A stretch of DNA of 32,000 nucleotides from Alkalilimnicola ehrlichii MLHE-1 (GCF_000014785.1 NC_008340.1:2760001-2792000); one strand, 5' to 3'; shown: positions 9,921-20,425, counted from the first letter of the stretch. The notes: generated by a model from the letters alone, not told the origin. Made by a program: numbers and translations.

Positions 9921-10709
9921 ATGGACGGTATCCACCACTGGTTGCGGGCGATCGGTCACGGCCTGGACCGGCTCTATCCGCCCCGCTGCGTGCTTTGCGG
10001 TGAGCCGGGGCAGCCGCCGGCGCTGGATCTGTGTGCCGGCTGCCAGGCGGACCTGCCATGGGTGGTGAACCCCTGCGCCCGTTGCGGGCAGCCGTTGCCG
10101 GAGGACAGCGCGGCGGACGGGTTGTGTGCGGATTGCCTATGCTGGCCGCCACGGTTCGATAAGGCCGTGGTGCCGCTGGATTACCGGTTTCCGGTGGATC
10201 GCCTGGTGACCGGTTTCAAGTTCCATGGCGGCCTGGCCACCGGGCGGGTGCTGGGGACGTTGCTGGCACAAGCGGCGGGGGCGCGAGGGGAGGCGCTGCC
10301 GGAGGTGCTGGTGCCGGTCCCGCTGCACCGGTCTCGGCTGATTGAGCGCGGCTACAACCAGGCGATGGAGCTGGCCCGGCATATCACCCGGATCCTGTCT
10401 GGGCGGCGGGTCTGGCACGGGGTGCGGCGGGTGCGGGCGACCAGCGCCCAGAGCGGGTTGGACCGGGCGCGCCGGTCGGGGAATGTGCGCGGGGCCTTTG
10501 TGCTGGAGGGGGCGCCGCCGGCGCAGCACGTGGCGCTGGTCGATGACGTGATGACCACGGGGGCGACGCTGGATGAGATCGCCGGGTGTCTGAAGGCCGC
10601 CGGGGTGGAGGTGGTGGAGGCCTGGGCGGTGGCGCGCACCCCACCCCCGGCCCACCAACCGGGCGGCTCGCCCGCTGCGGGCGACGGCCCGGTCGGGCCC
10701 GATGGGTGA
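9921..10709 (+). CDS. comF: ComF family phosphoribosyltransferase-like protein
   Basis: Zinc-binding N-terminus RCVLCG...CAGC...CARCG...CADC; C-terminal PRT loop VALVDDVMTTGATLDEI. Confidence 0.9.
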   Translation: MDGIHHWLRAIGHGLDRLYPPRCVLCGEPGQPPALDLCAGCQADLPWVVNPCARCGQPLPEDSAADGLCADCLCWPPRFDKAVVPLDYRFPVDRLVTGFKFHGGLATGRVLGTLLAQAAGARGEALPEVLVPVPLHRSRLIERGYNQAMELARHITRILSGRRVWHGVRRVRATSAQSGLDRARRSGNVRGAFVLEGAPPAQHVALVDDVMTTGATLDEIAGCLKAAGVEVVEAWAVARTPPPAHQPGGSPAAGDGPVGPDG

Positions 10710-10711
10710 GG

Positions 10712-11593
10712 TCAGCCGCCCAGATGCAGGTCCAGCAATAGGCCCAGGAAGATCAGGCCGCCCAGCCAGTTGTTGTTGAGGAAGGCCCGGAAGCAGTCCT
10801 CCCGGCGCCGCTCGCGGATCAGCCACTGCTGGTAGGCGAACAGCGCGGCGGCGGCGGCCAGGCCCAGGTACCAGAAGGCACCGAGGCCCACCACCAGTCC
10901 GGCCGCCACCAGCACGGCGAGCATGACCCCCTGCAGCACGCCGATGATGGCCCGGTCGGCCTGGCCGAAGAGCACCGCCGTGGATTTGACCCCGATTTTC
11001 AGGTCGTCGTCGCGGTCCACCATGGCGTACTGGGTATCGTAGATGGTCGCCCAGAGCACGGCGGAGAGGAACAGCAGCCAGGCCACCGGGGCCACCGCAC
11101 CGGTCTGGGCGGCGAAGGCCATGGGGATGGCCCAGCCGAAGGCCGCGCCCAGGTGGACCTGCGGGAAGTGGGTGTAGCGCTTCATGAAGGGATAGGTGGC
11201 GGCCAGGGCGACGGCCACCAGTGAGAGCGCGATGGTGAGCGGGTTCATCAGCAGCACCAGCCCGAAGGCCACCAGGCAAAGCACCACGAACAGGGTCAGC
11301 GCCTCGCGCTCGCTGACCCGGCCGTTGGCCATGGGGCGGTGGGTGGTGCGCTTGACGTGGCCGTCGAAATCCCGGTCGGCGTAGTCGTTGATGACGCAGC
11401 CGGCGGCGCGCATGATCAGCACCCCCAGTACGAACACCACCAGTACCTTGAGGTCGGGCAGCCCTTTAGCGGCAATCCACAAGCCCCAGAGCATGGGCCA
11501 GAGCAACAGGAAGTTGCCGATGGGCCGGTTCAGGCGGGTAAGCTGGGCGTACTGCCAGGCGCGGTCGCGCAGGTAGTCGGCGGTCATCTCCAT
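10712..11593 (-). CDS. ubiA: 4-hydroxybenzoate polyprenyltransferase
   Basis: Start at [33 protein letters not shown]; [22 protein letters not shown] prenyltransferase motif and [13 protein letters not shown]. Confidence 0.95.
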   Translation of the reverse strand: MEMTADYLRDRAWQYAQLTRLNRPIGNFLLLWPMLWGLWIAAKGLPDLKVLVVFVLGVLIMRAAGCVINDYADRDFDGHVKRTTHRPMANGRVSEREALTLFVVLCLVAFGLVLLMNPLTIALSLVAVALAATYPFMKRYTHFPQVHLGAAFGWAIPMAFAAQTGAVAPVAWLLFLSAVLWATIYDTQYAMVDRDDDLKIGVKSTAVLFGQADRAIIGVLQGVMLAVLVAAGLVVGLGAFWYLGLAAAAALFAYQQWLIRERRREDCFRAFLNNNWLGGLIFLGLLLDLHLGG

Positions 11594-11598
11594 GGCAC

Positions 11599-12147
11599 TC
11601 AATCCTCCAGGCTCTGCAGCAGGGGCGGCAGAAAGACTTCGGTCACCAGCAGGCCGGCATTGCCATACCACAGGCGCGAGCGGCGGGCCCAGCACCCGGC
11701 ACCGCCGCCGGGGACCCGGGCCGCCAGCGGGTCGCGGGGGCCAAGCCGGGCGATGCTGAGGGGCCCGCGGGCAACGGTGCGGCCGCGGAACAGCGCCCCG
11801 CCCAGGGGCGTGCGACCCAGCCGCGCCAGGCGCCGGCCATCGCCGGCCAGCGCCTCCGGCGGCATGATGGTGCGGGCGTAGATCCAGGCCTGGTCGCGGC
11901 TGCCGAGCAGCACCTCGCGGATGCGGGCGTGGCGCCCGTCCGACAGCTCCACCGCCCGGGCCTCATCGATACTGGGCCGGCCCCAGCGCTCCACCAGCAC
12001 GGTGACCTCGAGCCCGCCGGGCACGCTGCGTCGCAGCCGCGCGGTGAGCGAGCCGGGTTCGTCCAGCCACGCCTCCAGCCCGCGCGGCACCCTGCGTCGC
12101 GAGGGGTGGCGGCGCGGCCACCAGCTTGCCTCTTTGTTCCGGTACAA
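11599..12147 (-). CDS. ubiC: Chorismate lyase
   Basis: Position directly upstream of ubiA; RREVLLG-like [20 protein letters not shown] and PLGGALF features. Start codon uncertain. Confidence 0.82.
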
Positions 12148-12183
12148 ACGATTCTCCAGCTATCCAATCCAACCGGGGCCTGC

Positions 12184-12397
12184 TGTGGTCTGGCGGGGCG
12201 GAGCAGGGGCGGATGGTCGGTCAGGCCGACTTTTGCGCACCGAGCAACGCAGCGAAAGAGCGGAAAAAAGGCGCGCCTGTCCGAGCGAAGCGAGTTCGCG
12301 CCGCCGCTCTTTCGCGAGTAGCGCAGGGAACCCCGAAGGGGTGCGCAATCGGAGGCCTGACCGACCATCCGCCCCTGCTCCGCCCCGCCAGACCACA
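12184..12397 (+). repeat. Hairpin element copy B: 126-bp core (12228-12353) flanked by 44-bp perfect inverted arms
   Basis: Arm tgtggtctggcggggcggagcaggggcggatggtcggtcaggcc (12184-12227) is the exact reverse complement of 12354-12397. Core is 115/126 identical to copy A. Confidence 0.96.
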
Positions 12398-12421
12398 ACA
12401 GTCCTCATACGGGGGAGGCAA

Positions 12422-14539
12422 TCAGACCTGGCCATAGCGCTCGGAGGCCCCGACCCAGCGCCTTACCAGCGGCTCCACCCGCTCCGGGTGCGCCTGCTGC
12501 AGCCGGTCGCCCAGTACCTGCACCCGCGGCAACAGGCCCGCATCCCGGTTGAGATCCGCCACCCGGTAGCTCAGTTCCCCGGTCTGACGGGTGCCGAGCA
12601 ACTCGCCGGGGCCGCGGATCTCCAAATCCCGCCGGGCGATCTCGAAGCCGTCGTTGCTCCGGCGCAGCACCTCCAGGCGCGCCCGCGCCGCCTGCGACAA
12701 CGGGCCATGATACATCAGCACGCAACTGCTTTCGGCCTCGCCCCGGCCCACCCGGCCGCGCAGCTGGTGCAACTGCGCCAACCCCAGCCGCTCGGCGTTC
12801 TCGATGATCATCAGGCTGGCGTTGGGCACGTTCACCCCCACCTCGATCACCGTGGTGGCCACCAACAGCCCGATCCGGCCGGCGGCAAAGTCCGCCATCA
12901 CCGTGTCCTTATCCGCCGGTTTCATGCGCCCATGCACCAACCCCACCCGGTGCCCGGGGAGGGCCGCCTGCAGGGCGGCGTAGGTCTCCTCCGCGGCCTG
13001 GGCCTCCAGCACCTCCGAGTCCTCAATCAGGGTGCAGACCCAATAGGCCTGCCGGCCCTGGGCCAGCGCGGCGCCGATGCGTGCCACCACCTCGTCCCGC
13101 CGAGTCTCCGAGACGGCCACGGTCTTCACCGGCTTGCGGCCCGGGGGCAGTTGGTCGATCACCGAGACGTCCAGGTCGGCGTAGGCGGTCATCGCCAGGG
13201 TGCGCGGGATGGGGGTGGCGGTCATGATGATCTGGTGGGGCTGGCTCCGCCCCCGGTGGCCCTTCTCCTTCAGGGCCAGGCGCTGGTGCACACCGAAGCG
13301 GTGCTGCTCGTCGACGATGACCAGCCCCAGGGCCTGGAAACGCACGTCGTCCTGGAACAGGGCGTGGGTGCCCACCACCACCGGGTAGTCCCCGGCCGCC
13401 AGCGCCGCCAGCATGGCCTCCCGCCGCCGCCCGGCAGCGCGCCCCGACACCCAGCCCACGGGGATATCCAGCGGCGCCAGCCATTCGTTGAAGCTGCGCC
13501 AGTGCTGCTCCGCCAGCAGCTCGGTGGGCGCCATGATGGCGGCTTGATAGCCGGCCTCCACGGCCCGAAGGGCGGCCAGGGCCGCGACCACGGTCTTGCC
13601 GGAACCCACGTCACCCTGGACCAGGCGCAGCATGGGCACCGACCGGGTCATGTCCTCCGCCAGCTCCCGGTCCACCCGGCGCTGGGCCTCGGTGAGCGCG
13701 AAGGGGAGTGAGTCCAACAACCGGCGGGTGAGGCGGCCGTCGCCGTGGATGGTGGGGGCGTCGGCGGCGGCCTGCAGGTGGGCGCGCAGCCGGCGCATGG
13801 AGAGGTGGTGGGCCAACAGCTCTTCCACCGCCAGCCGCTGGACACAGGGGTGGCGGCCCTCGACCAGCGGTGCGGTGTCGGCATCCACCGGTGGCTTGTG
13901 CACGTAGTACAGGGCCTCGGCCAGCGCGGGCAGCCCCAGCTCGCGGGTCAGTTCCGCGGGCAGCCAGTCGGGCATGTGCCGCGCCAGGGCCAGGGCCTGG
14001 TCGATGAGCTTGCGCAGGGTCTGTTGGTGCAGGCCCTGGGTGGTGGGATAGACCGGGGTGAGGCCGTGCGGGCCCTCGTCGCCGGCGCTGGCGCGGGGGC
14101 CCAGGCGGTACTCCGGGTGCACCATCTGCGGGCCGGTGGGGCCGGGGCGCAGTTCACCGAAGCAGCGGATGGGGGTGCCGGGGCGCATCTGCTGGCGCTG
14201 CCCCGGGTGGAAGTGGAAGAACACCAGATCGGCGCTGCCAGTGCCGTCGCTGATCTGCACGATGAGCCGTTTGCGCCGCCCCTCGGCGATACCGGCATGC
14301 TCCACCCGGCCGATGACGACGCCGGACTCCCCCGGGCGCAGGGCGCCGAGCCGGCGGACGGTGTCACGGTCCTCGTAGCGCAGCGGCAGGTGGAACAGCA
14401 GGTCCTGCACGGTCGCCAGGTGCAGACGGGCCAGGCGCTCGGCCAGTTGCGGCCCGACCCCGCGCAGCGCGGTGATCGGCTGGCCGGCCGGGTCCTGGTC
14501 GCTGGCGGATGCGCTGCTGGGGGCCTGGGGTTCACTCAC
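12422..14539 (-). CDS. recG: ATP-dependent DNA helicase RecG
   Basis: LVQGDVGSGKTVVAALAAL, MAPTELLAEQHWRSF, DEQHRFGVHQR, MTATPIPRTLAMTAYADLDVSVID, QLRGRVGRG. GTG start. Confidence 0.97.
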   Translation of the reverse strand: MSEPQAPSSASASDQDPAGQPITALRGVGPQLAERLARLHLATVQDLLFHLPLRYEDRDTVRRLGALRPGESGVVIGRVEHAGIAEGRRKRLIVQISDGTGSADLVFFHFHPGQRQQMRPGTPIRCFGELRPGPTGPQMVHPEYRLGPRASAGDEGPHGLTPVYPTTQGLHQQTLRKLIDQALALARHMPDWLPAELTRELGLPALAEALYYVHKPPVDADTAPLVEGRHPCVQRLAVEELLAHHLSMRRLRAHLQAAADAPTIHGDGRLTRRLLDSLPFALTEAQRRVDRELAEDMTRSVPMLRLVQGDVGSGKTVVAALAALRAVEAGYQAAIMAPTELLAEQHWRSFNEWLAPLDIPVGWVSGRAAGRRREAMLAALAAGDYPVVVGTHALFQDDVRFQALGLVIVDEQHRFGVHQRLALKEKGHRGRSQPHQIIMTATPIPRTLAMTAYADLDVSVIDQLPPGRKPVKTVAVSETRRDEVVARIGAALAQGRQAYWVCTLIEDSEVLEAQAAEETYAALQAALPGHRVGLVHGRMKPADKDTVMADFAAGRIGLLVATTVIEVGVNVPNASLMIIENAERLGLAQLHQLRGRVGRGEAESSCVLMYHGPLSQAARARLEVLRRSNDGFEIARRDLEIRGPGELLGTRQTGELSYRVADLNRDAGLLPRVQVLGDRLQQAHPERVEPLVRRWVGASERYGQV

Positions 14540-14569
14540 GGCTGAATTCCGTTGGCCGGGGCTCGGGGC

Positions 14570-14783
14570 GGGCGGCCGTGCCCGGTCTGCTCGGGGTCAT
14601 CATCGCTGGGGCCTCCGATTGCGCACCCCTTCGGGGTTCCCTGCGCTACTCGCGAAAGAGCGGCGGCGCGAACTCGCTTCGCTCGGACAGGCGCGCCTTG
14701 TTTCCGCTCTTTCGCTGCGTTGCTCGGTGCGCAAAAGTCGGCCCCAGCGATGATGACCCCGAGCAGACCGGGCACGGCCGCCC
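14570..14783 (-). repeat. Hairpin element copy C, inverted relative to A and B: 126-bp core (14614-14739) flanked by 44-bp perfect inverted arms
   Basis: Arm gggcggccgtgcccggtctgctcggggtcatcatcgctggggcc (14570-14613) is the exact reverse complement of 14740-14783. Core is 125/126 identical to copy B after reverse complementing. Confidence 0.96.
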
Positions 14784-14803
14784 TCCTGGGCATTGGTCAG
14801 GGA

Positions 14804-15187
14804 TTACGGCAGGACCAGGACTGCGTCCATCTCCACCTGGGCCCCCTTCGGGAGCTCGGCCACGCCGATGGCGGCACGGGCCGGATAGGGCTCGGCGAAG
14901 TACTCCTGCATGATCTCGTTGACCAGGCCGAAATGGCTCAGATCGGTAAGGAAGATGTTCAGCTTCACCACGTCGGCCAGCTTGCCGTCAGCGGCCTCGG
15001 CCACCGCCTGGAGGTTGTCGAAGACCCGGCGGACCTGGGCCTCCATGTCGCCCTCCACCAATTGCATGGTCTCCGGCACCAGCGGGATCTGGCCGGACAG
15101 GTAGACGGTGCGCCCGGCGCGGATGGCCTGGGAATAGGGGCCGATGGCGGCGGGTGCGCGGTCGGTCTGGATGGTCTTGCGTTCCAT
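14804..15187 (-). CDS. ridA: RidA family reactive intermediate/imine deaminase
   Basis: [36 protein letters not shown] and [23 protein letters not shown]. Confidence 0.95.
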   Translation of the reverse strand: MERKTIQTDRAPAAIGPYSQAIRAGRTVYLSGQIPLVPETMQLVEGDMEAQVRRVFDNLQAVAEAADGKLADVVKLNIFLTDLSHFGLVNEIMQEYFAEPYPARAAIGVAELPKGAQVEMDAVLVLP

Positions 15188-15213
15188 TGCAGGTCCTTTT
15201 CTCGGTTTGGCGT

Positions 15214-17406
15214 TCAATTGCCCCGGCGCCGGGTGATGCGCTGGACCGGGCGGGTCACGCGCAACCGGCGCATGATATTGGCCAGGTGCCGGCGATCACG
15301 CACGCTGAGCGTGAAACGCACGGTGGAGATCATGGCATCGCGCTCATCGATGACCACGTTGTCGATGTTGCCCTCGGCGTCGGCAATGGTGCTGGCCAGG
15401 GTCGCGAGCACACCGCGCTCATTGACCACATCCACCGCGATAACCGTGGGGAAGACACCCGCCACCTCCGGCTCCCACTGCACGTCGATCCACTTGTCGG
15501 CCTGCTTGCGCGAGGCGACCACGTTGCGGCAATCGCGGTGGTGCACCACCACCCCGCGCCCGGAGCTGGCGAAGCCGACAATCGGGTCTCCGGGGATGGG
15601 CCGGCAACACTTGCCAAAGGTCACGACGGTGCCCTCGGTACCGCGGATACTGAGCTGCTGGCGGTCGGCCTGGTGCGGCGCCGGATGTTCCTTCCCCTCC
15701 TCGGTCACCTCCTGAGCCACGCCAGCCAGCTTCTGCGCCACCACCCAGGGCACCCGACGGCCGAGGCCGACGGCGCGCAAAAGGCTGGGCAGGTCGGGCT
15801 CGCCCAACGCCCTGGCCCGCTCGCGGATATCGTCCGCGGGCAGATCGTCCAGCGCGAGGGAAAGGGTGCTGAGGGCCCGGTCAAGCATGCGCCGCCCCAA
15901 GTCCTCGGCCTCGTGGTCCTTGAGCTTCTTGAGCGAATGACGGATGGCGGCGCGGGCCTTGGCGGTGACCACGAAATCCAGCCACACCGGGTTGGGCCGG
16001 CCCACAGGGGCGGTGATGACCTCCACCATCTGGCCGGTCTGCAGCGGGGTGCGCAGCGGCGTGAGGCGGTGATCCACCTTGGCGGCGATGCAGGCGTTGC
16101 CGACATCGGAGTGCACCGCATAGGCGAAATCCACCGGGGTGGCGCCGCTGGGCAGTTCCATGATCTCGCCCTTGGGGGTAAAGACGTAGATCTCGTCCGG
16201 GAGCAGGTCGATCTTGACGTTCTCGATGAACTCCAGGGAGTTACCGGCCGTCTCCTGGATCTCCAGCAACCCTTTGACCCACTCCCGTGCCCGCACCTGG
16301 GCCGTATTGCCGGCATTGCCCTCGGACTTGTAGAGCCAGTGGGCGGCGATACCCGATTCCGCCACCTGATCCATCTCCCAGGTGCGGACCTGCACCTCCA
16401 GGCGGATGCGATGAGGGCCGATCAGGGTCGTGTGCAGGGATTGGTAGCCGTTGGCCTTGGGGATGGCGATGTAGTCTTTGACGCGACCGGGGCGGGGTTT
16501 GTACAGGCCGTGCAGGACCCCGAGCATGCGGTAACAGTCGTCCACCGATTCCACCAATACCCGGAACCCGTAGACATCAAAGACATCACGGAAGTTGAGC
16601 CCCTTGGTCTGCATCTTCTGGTAGATGCTCCAGAGGTGCTTCTCCCGGCCGGAGACCTGGCCCTGGATGGCCGCCTCGGCCATCCGGCCCTCGATGACCT
16701 CGCAGACCTTGTCGATGATCTCGCCCCGGTGACCGCGCTGACGACGCAGTTTCTCCTTGAGAACCCGATAGCGCAGCGGGTAGAGCGCGGCAAAGCCCAG
16801 GTCCTCCAGTTCGACGCGGACGGTATTGATGCCCAGGCGCTGGGCGATGGGGGCGTAGATCTCGAGGGTCTCGCGGGCGATCCGGCGGCGCTTGTGGGGC
16901 GCCATCACCCAGATGGTGCGCATGTTGTGCAGTCGGTCGGCCAGTTTAATCAGGATGACCCGGATGTCCCGGGCCATGGCCAGCACCATCTTGCGGAAGT
17001 TCTCGGCCTGGGCCTCAGCCTTGGACTTGAAGTCGATCTGGGTGAGTTTGGATACCCCGTCCACCAGTTCGGCAACGTCGTCGCCGAACTGGCTGCGCAA
17101 CTGCTCCTTGGCGGTGGGGGTGTCCTCGATGACGTCGTGGAGGATGGCGGCGACAATGCTGTCGCCGTCCATGCGCATCTCGGCGAGGATGCGCGCCACT
17201 GCCAGCGGGTGGGTAATGTAGGGTTCGCCGGACAGCCGACGCTGGCCGGCATGGGCCTCGGCACCGAAACGATAGGCCTCGTAGACCTGCTGAACCTGTT
17301 TGGGTTCTAGATAGGTCTCCAGCAGGGAGCACAGCTCGCTGGCCCGGCGGGCCGGTTCGCGGCTCAGGCGCTGTTCATGCGGGGACAAGGCCTCGGCGCG
17401 ACCCAT
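15214..17406 (-). CDS. spoT: Bifunctional (p)ppGpp synthetase/hydrolase
   Basis: HD motif HDVIEDT; synthetase segment DRLHNMRT...YRVL and [19 protein letters not shown]; TGS and ACT domains. Start assigned at MGRAEAL. Confidence 0.96.
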   Translation of the reverse strand: MGRAEALSPHEQRLSREPARRASELCSLLETYLEPKQVQQVYEAYRFGAEAHAGQRRLSGEPYITHPLAVARILAEMRMDGDSIVAAILHDVIEDTPTAKEQLRSQFGDDVAELVDGVSKLTQIDFKSKAEAQAENFRKMVLAMARDIRVILIKLADRLHNMRTIWVMAPHKRRRIARETLEIYAPIAQRLGINTVRVELEDLGFAALYPLRYRVLKEKLRRQRGHRGEIIDKVCEVIEGRMAEAAIQGQVSGREKHLWSIYQKMQTKGLNFRDVFDVYGFRVLVESVDDCYRMLGVLHGLYKPRPGRVKDYIAIPKANGYQSLHTTLIGPHRIRLEVQVRTWEMDQVAESGIAAHWLYKSEGNAGNTAQVRAREWVKGLLEIQETAGNSLEFIENVKIDLLPDEIYVFTPKGEIMELPSGATPVDFAYAVHSDVGNACIAAKVDHRLTPLRTPLQTGQMVEVITAPVGRPNPVWLDFVVTAKARAAIRHSLKKLKDHEAEDLGRRMLDRALSTLSLALDDLPADDIRERARALGEPDLPSLLRAVGLGRRVPWVVAQKLAGVAQEVTEEGKEHPAPHQADRQQLSIRGTEGTVVTFGKCCRPIPGDPIVGFASSGRGVVVHHRDCRNVVASRKQADKWIDVQWEPEVAGVFPTVIAVDVVNERGVLATLASTIADAEGNIDNVVIDERDAMISTVRFTLSVRDRRHLANIMRRLRVTRPVQRITRRRGN

Positions 17407-17419
17407 ACATGCGCCGTCC

Positions 17420-17743
17420 TCAGCCGTCCTGGCCGGGCGTCTTTGGCGCGTCACCCTCGCCCTGGCCGGCGTCGGCGTTGCCCTTGGCCGCTTCCTCTTC
17501 CATCAGGGCGCTGGCCTCGGCCTCGAAATCCAACACGGGCTCGGGCTGCTCCTCGAGGATCTCGCGGCCAACGTGGCCGTCGGCGATCTCGCGCAGGGCG
17601 ACGACGGTGGGCTTGTCATTGTCCCAATCCACATGGGCCTCGGCGCCATTAGCCAGTTGGCGGGCGCGCTTGGACCCGACCAGCACTAGCTGGAAGCGGT
17701 TGTCCATATTGGTGAGGCAGTCCTCAACGGTAACTCGGGCCAT
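17420..17743 (-). CDS. rpoZ: RNA polymerase omega subunit
   Basis: [30 protein letters not shown]...[15 protein letters not shown]; adjacent to spoT. Confidence 0.96.
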   Translation of the reverse strand: MARVTVEDCLTNMDNRFQLVLVGSKRARQLANGAEAHVDWDNDKPTVVALREIADGHVGREILEEQPEPVLDFEAEASALMEEEAAKGNADAGQGEGDAPKTPGQDG

Positions 17744-17973
17744 CGGCCAACCTCCGGGTAAAGGTGAGTCAAGGGGTTGTCTGTTAGTTCAATTCTATAG
17801 ACTTGCGGTCGGGACATAAAGGACGTTGCACTGCAACGTGACAAACCAGTCAGAGCAGCGCACCAATCCGGGGCAGTGACGGGGGAGTCACCCCGCCGAT
17901 CTTGCCTGCCCCACTCCCCGCCGCGCGGGCCGACGGCTTTCTCCCCGTCGTCGCGAGGGCCGAAGGCTTTCCC

Positions 17974-18325
17974 CGTCGTCGCGAGGGCCGCAGGCCCGTG
18001 GCGATCCAGGCGGTGGACTGCCACGTCGGCTTCGCCTCCTCGCAGTGACGAGGGGGCCCCTCCCCCGTCATCGCGAGGGCCGAAGGCCCGTGGCGATCCA
18101 GGCGGTGGACTGCCACGTCGGCTTCGCCTCCTCGCAGTGACGAGGGGGCCCCTCCCCCGTCATCGCGAGGGCCGAAGGCCCGTGGCGATCCAGGCGGTGG
18201 ACTGCCGCGTCGGCTTCGCCTCCTCGCAGTGACGAGGGGCCCCTCCCCCGTCATCGCGAGGGCCGAAGGCCCGTGGCGATCCAGGCGGTGGACTGCCGCG
18301 TCGGCTTCGCCTCCTCGCAGTGACG
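17974..18325 (+). repeat. Four-unit tandem array of a ~77-bp palindromic repeat, period 91-92 bp
   Basis: Units at 17974-18050, 18066-18142, 18158-18234 and 18249-18325, each cgtcrtcgcgagggccg..ggcccgtggcgatccaggcggtggactgcc...cctcgcagtgacg, separated by near-identical agggg(g)cccctcccc linkers. Confidence 0.93.
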
Positions 18326-18372
18326 AGGGGGCCCCTTCGCAGTGACGGTGGGGGCGGGCTCGCGCTTTCCCA

Positions 18373-19017
<645 letters not shown>

Positions 19018-19109
19018 TTAGAGTCCGCTTGCGGGGCCACCCCCCAGCGTCATCGCGAGCCCCCCGCCCCGCTGCGCGGGCCCGAATCAACGAGGAACGG
19101 GGCACCCCC

Positions 19110-19185
19110 GGTCATCGCGAGGGCCGAAGGCCCGTGGCGATCCAGGGCGGTAGACTGCCACGTCGCTGCGCTCCTCGCAGTGACG
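19110..19185 (+). repeat. Dispersed copy of the ~77-bp palindromic repeat
   Basis: ggtcatcgcgagggccgaaggcccgtggcgatccagggcggtagactgccacgtcgctgcgctcctcgcagtgacg; followed by several right-end fragments to about 19275. Confidence 0.88.
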
Positions 19186-19309
19186 GTGGGGATGGGTCCG
19201 CTCCCGCAGTGACGGCGGGGGCAGGCCCGCTCCTCGCAGTGGCGGTGGAGACGAGCCCGCGCCCTGCAGTGACGGGGCGGCACCGCCTGCGCCGTGGCGC
19301 CCGGGCGCG

Positions 19310-20176
19310 TTATTCGATGTTCTGGACCTGTTCCCGCATCTGTTCAATCAGCACCTTCATCTCAACCGCGGCGCGGGTGGTCTCGGTGTCGTTGGACTTG
19401 GAGGACAGGGTGTTGGCCTCGCGGTTGAATTCCTGCATCAGGAAGTCCAACCGGCGGCCGATGGGTTCGCGGCGCTTTAGGGCGTCTTCCAGTTCGGCGC
19501 AGTGGGCCTGGAGCCGCTCCAGTTCCTCGTCCACGTCCAGCTTCTGGGCGATAATGGCCAGCTCCTGCTCCAGGCGCCCCTCGTCCGCCTCCACATCGAG
19601 GCTCTCCAGGCGGGTGAGGAACTTCTCCCGCACCCGGTCGTTGACCTGTTCCCGTTGCGCCCTGACCTGGTCCACCAGCTCGCTGAGCCGGGCCGAGCGG
19701 TCGCGCAGGATGCGCGCCAGGCGCTCACCCTCGCGCTCGCGGGCGGCCTCGAAACCGTCCAGGCAGTGATCGAGCAGCGCCAATGCGGCGTTGGCCACCG
19801 GCTCCAGGTCGGGGTCGCTCTCCTGCAGCACCCCGGGGATACGCAGCAGGTCCAGGCCGGTGGCGGCCGGATCGGCCCCCACGCGCTGGCCCAGGGCGCG
19901 GGCGGCCTCGATCACCTGGTCGGCGTAAGCCTCGTCGATGAGCAACCGGCCGCGGTAGTCGGCGGCGGGTTTGAACCGCAGGGTGCACTCCACCTTGCCG
20001 CGGCCCAGGCGGGCCCCGATGCGTTCGCGCACGGCCGGCTCCAGGTGGCGCAGCTCCTCGGGAAGGCGCGGTTGCACATCCAGGTAGCGGTGGTTTACCG
20101 AGCGCAGCTCCCAGCTGATGCGGCCCCACTCGGCCTGGTGCTGCTGTCGGTCGAAGGCGGTCATGCTGCGGGTCAT
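19310..20176 (-). CDS. yicC: YicC family endoribonuclease-like protein
   Basis: MTRSMTAFDRQQ...WELRSVNHRYLDVQPRLPEELRHLEP and C-terminal EPIGRRLDFLMQEFNREANTLSSKSND. The tracked ORF extension to 20386 is repeat-derived. Confidence 0.94.
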   Translation of the reverse strand: MTRSMTAFDRQQHQAEWGRISWELRSVNHRYLDVQPRLPEELRHLEPAVRERIGARLGRGKVECTLRFKPAADYRGRLLIDEAYADQVIEAARALGQRVGADPAATGLDLLRIPGVLQESDPDLEPVANAALALLDHCLDGFEAAREREGERLARILRDRSARLSELVDQVRAQREQVNDRVREKFLTRLESLDVEADEGRLEQELAIIAQKLDVDEELERLQAHCAELEDALKRREPIGRRLDFLMQEFNREANTLSSKSNDTETTRAAVEMKVLIEQMREQVQNIE

Positions 20177-20257
20177 GGCGGGCACCGTCGTTGATTCGGA
20201 AAGCGGGCATTCTAACAGGCCGGCTGTTTGTCGTTGTAACCGCCCGCTGCGCGGGCC

Positions 20258-20334
20258 CATCATCGCGAGGGCCGGAGGCCCGTGGCGATCCAGGCGGTAG
20301 ACTGCCGCGTCGGCTTCGCCTCCTCGCAGTGACG
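20258..20334 (+). repeat. Dispersed copy of the ~77-bp palindromic repeat
   Basis: catcatcgcgagggccggaggcccgtggcgatccaggcggtagactgcc...cctcgcagtgacg. Confidence 0.9.
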
Positions 20335-20350
20335 GTGGGGGCAACACCCC

Positions 20351-20425
20351 CGTCATCGCGAGGGCCGGAGGCCCGTGGCGATCCATAGCGGTGGACTGCC
20401 GCGTCGCTGCGCTCCTCGCAGTGAC
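20351..20425 (+). repeat. Dispersed copy of the ~77-bp palindromic repeat
   Basis: cgtcatcgcgagggccggaggcccgtggcgatccatagcggtggactgccgcgtcgctgcgctcctcgcagtgacg. Confidence 0.9.

Noticed and set aside
11921-13711. 596-aa plus-strand ORF
   Set aside because: It is antisense to ubiC and recG, passes through hairpin copy B, and has low-complexity Pro/Gly/His-rich content typical of high-GC spurious ORFs.
9572-14783. Hairpin elements as retron or group II intron parts, or integron attC sites
   Set aside because: No reverse transcriptase, maturase or integrase ORF is present. No attC GTTRRRY/RYYYAAC boundary or domain V-like hairpin was recognised. A distant trans-acting enzyme cannot be excluded.
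15154-17310. 718-aa plus-strand ORF
   Set aside because: It is entirely antisense to spoT, which has clear conserved motifs; its composition is typical of GC-rich shadow ORFs.
17974-18325. Possible CRISPR array from four regularly spaced repeats
   Set aside because: The repeated unit is ~77 bp and palindromic. The 14-15 bp linkers are nearly identical rather than unique spacers, dispersed solo copies occur elsewhere, and there are no cas genes.
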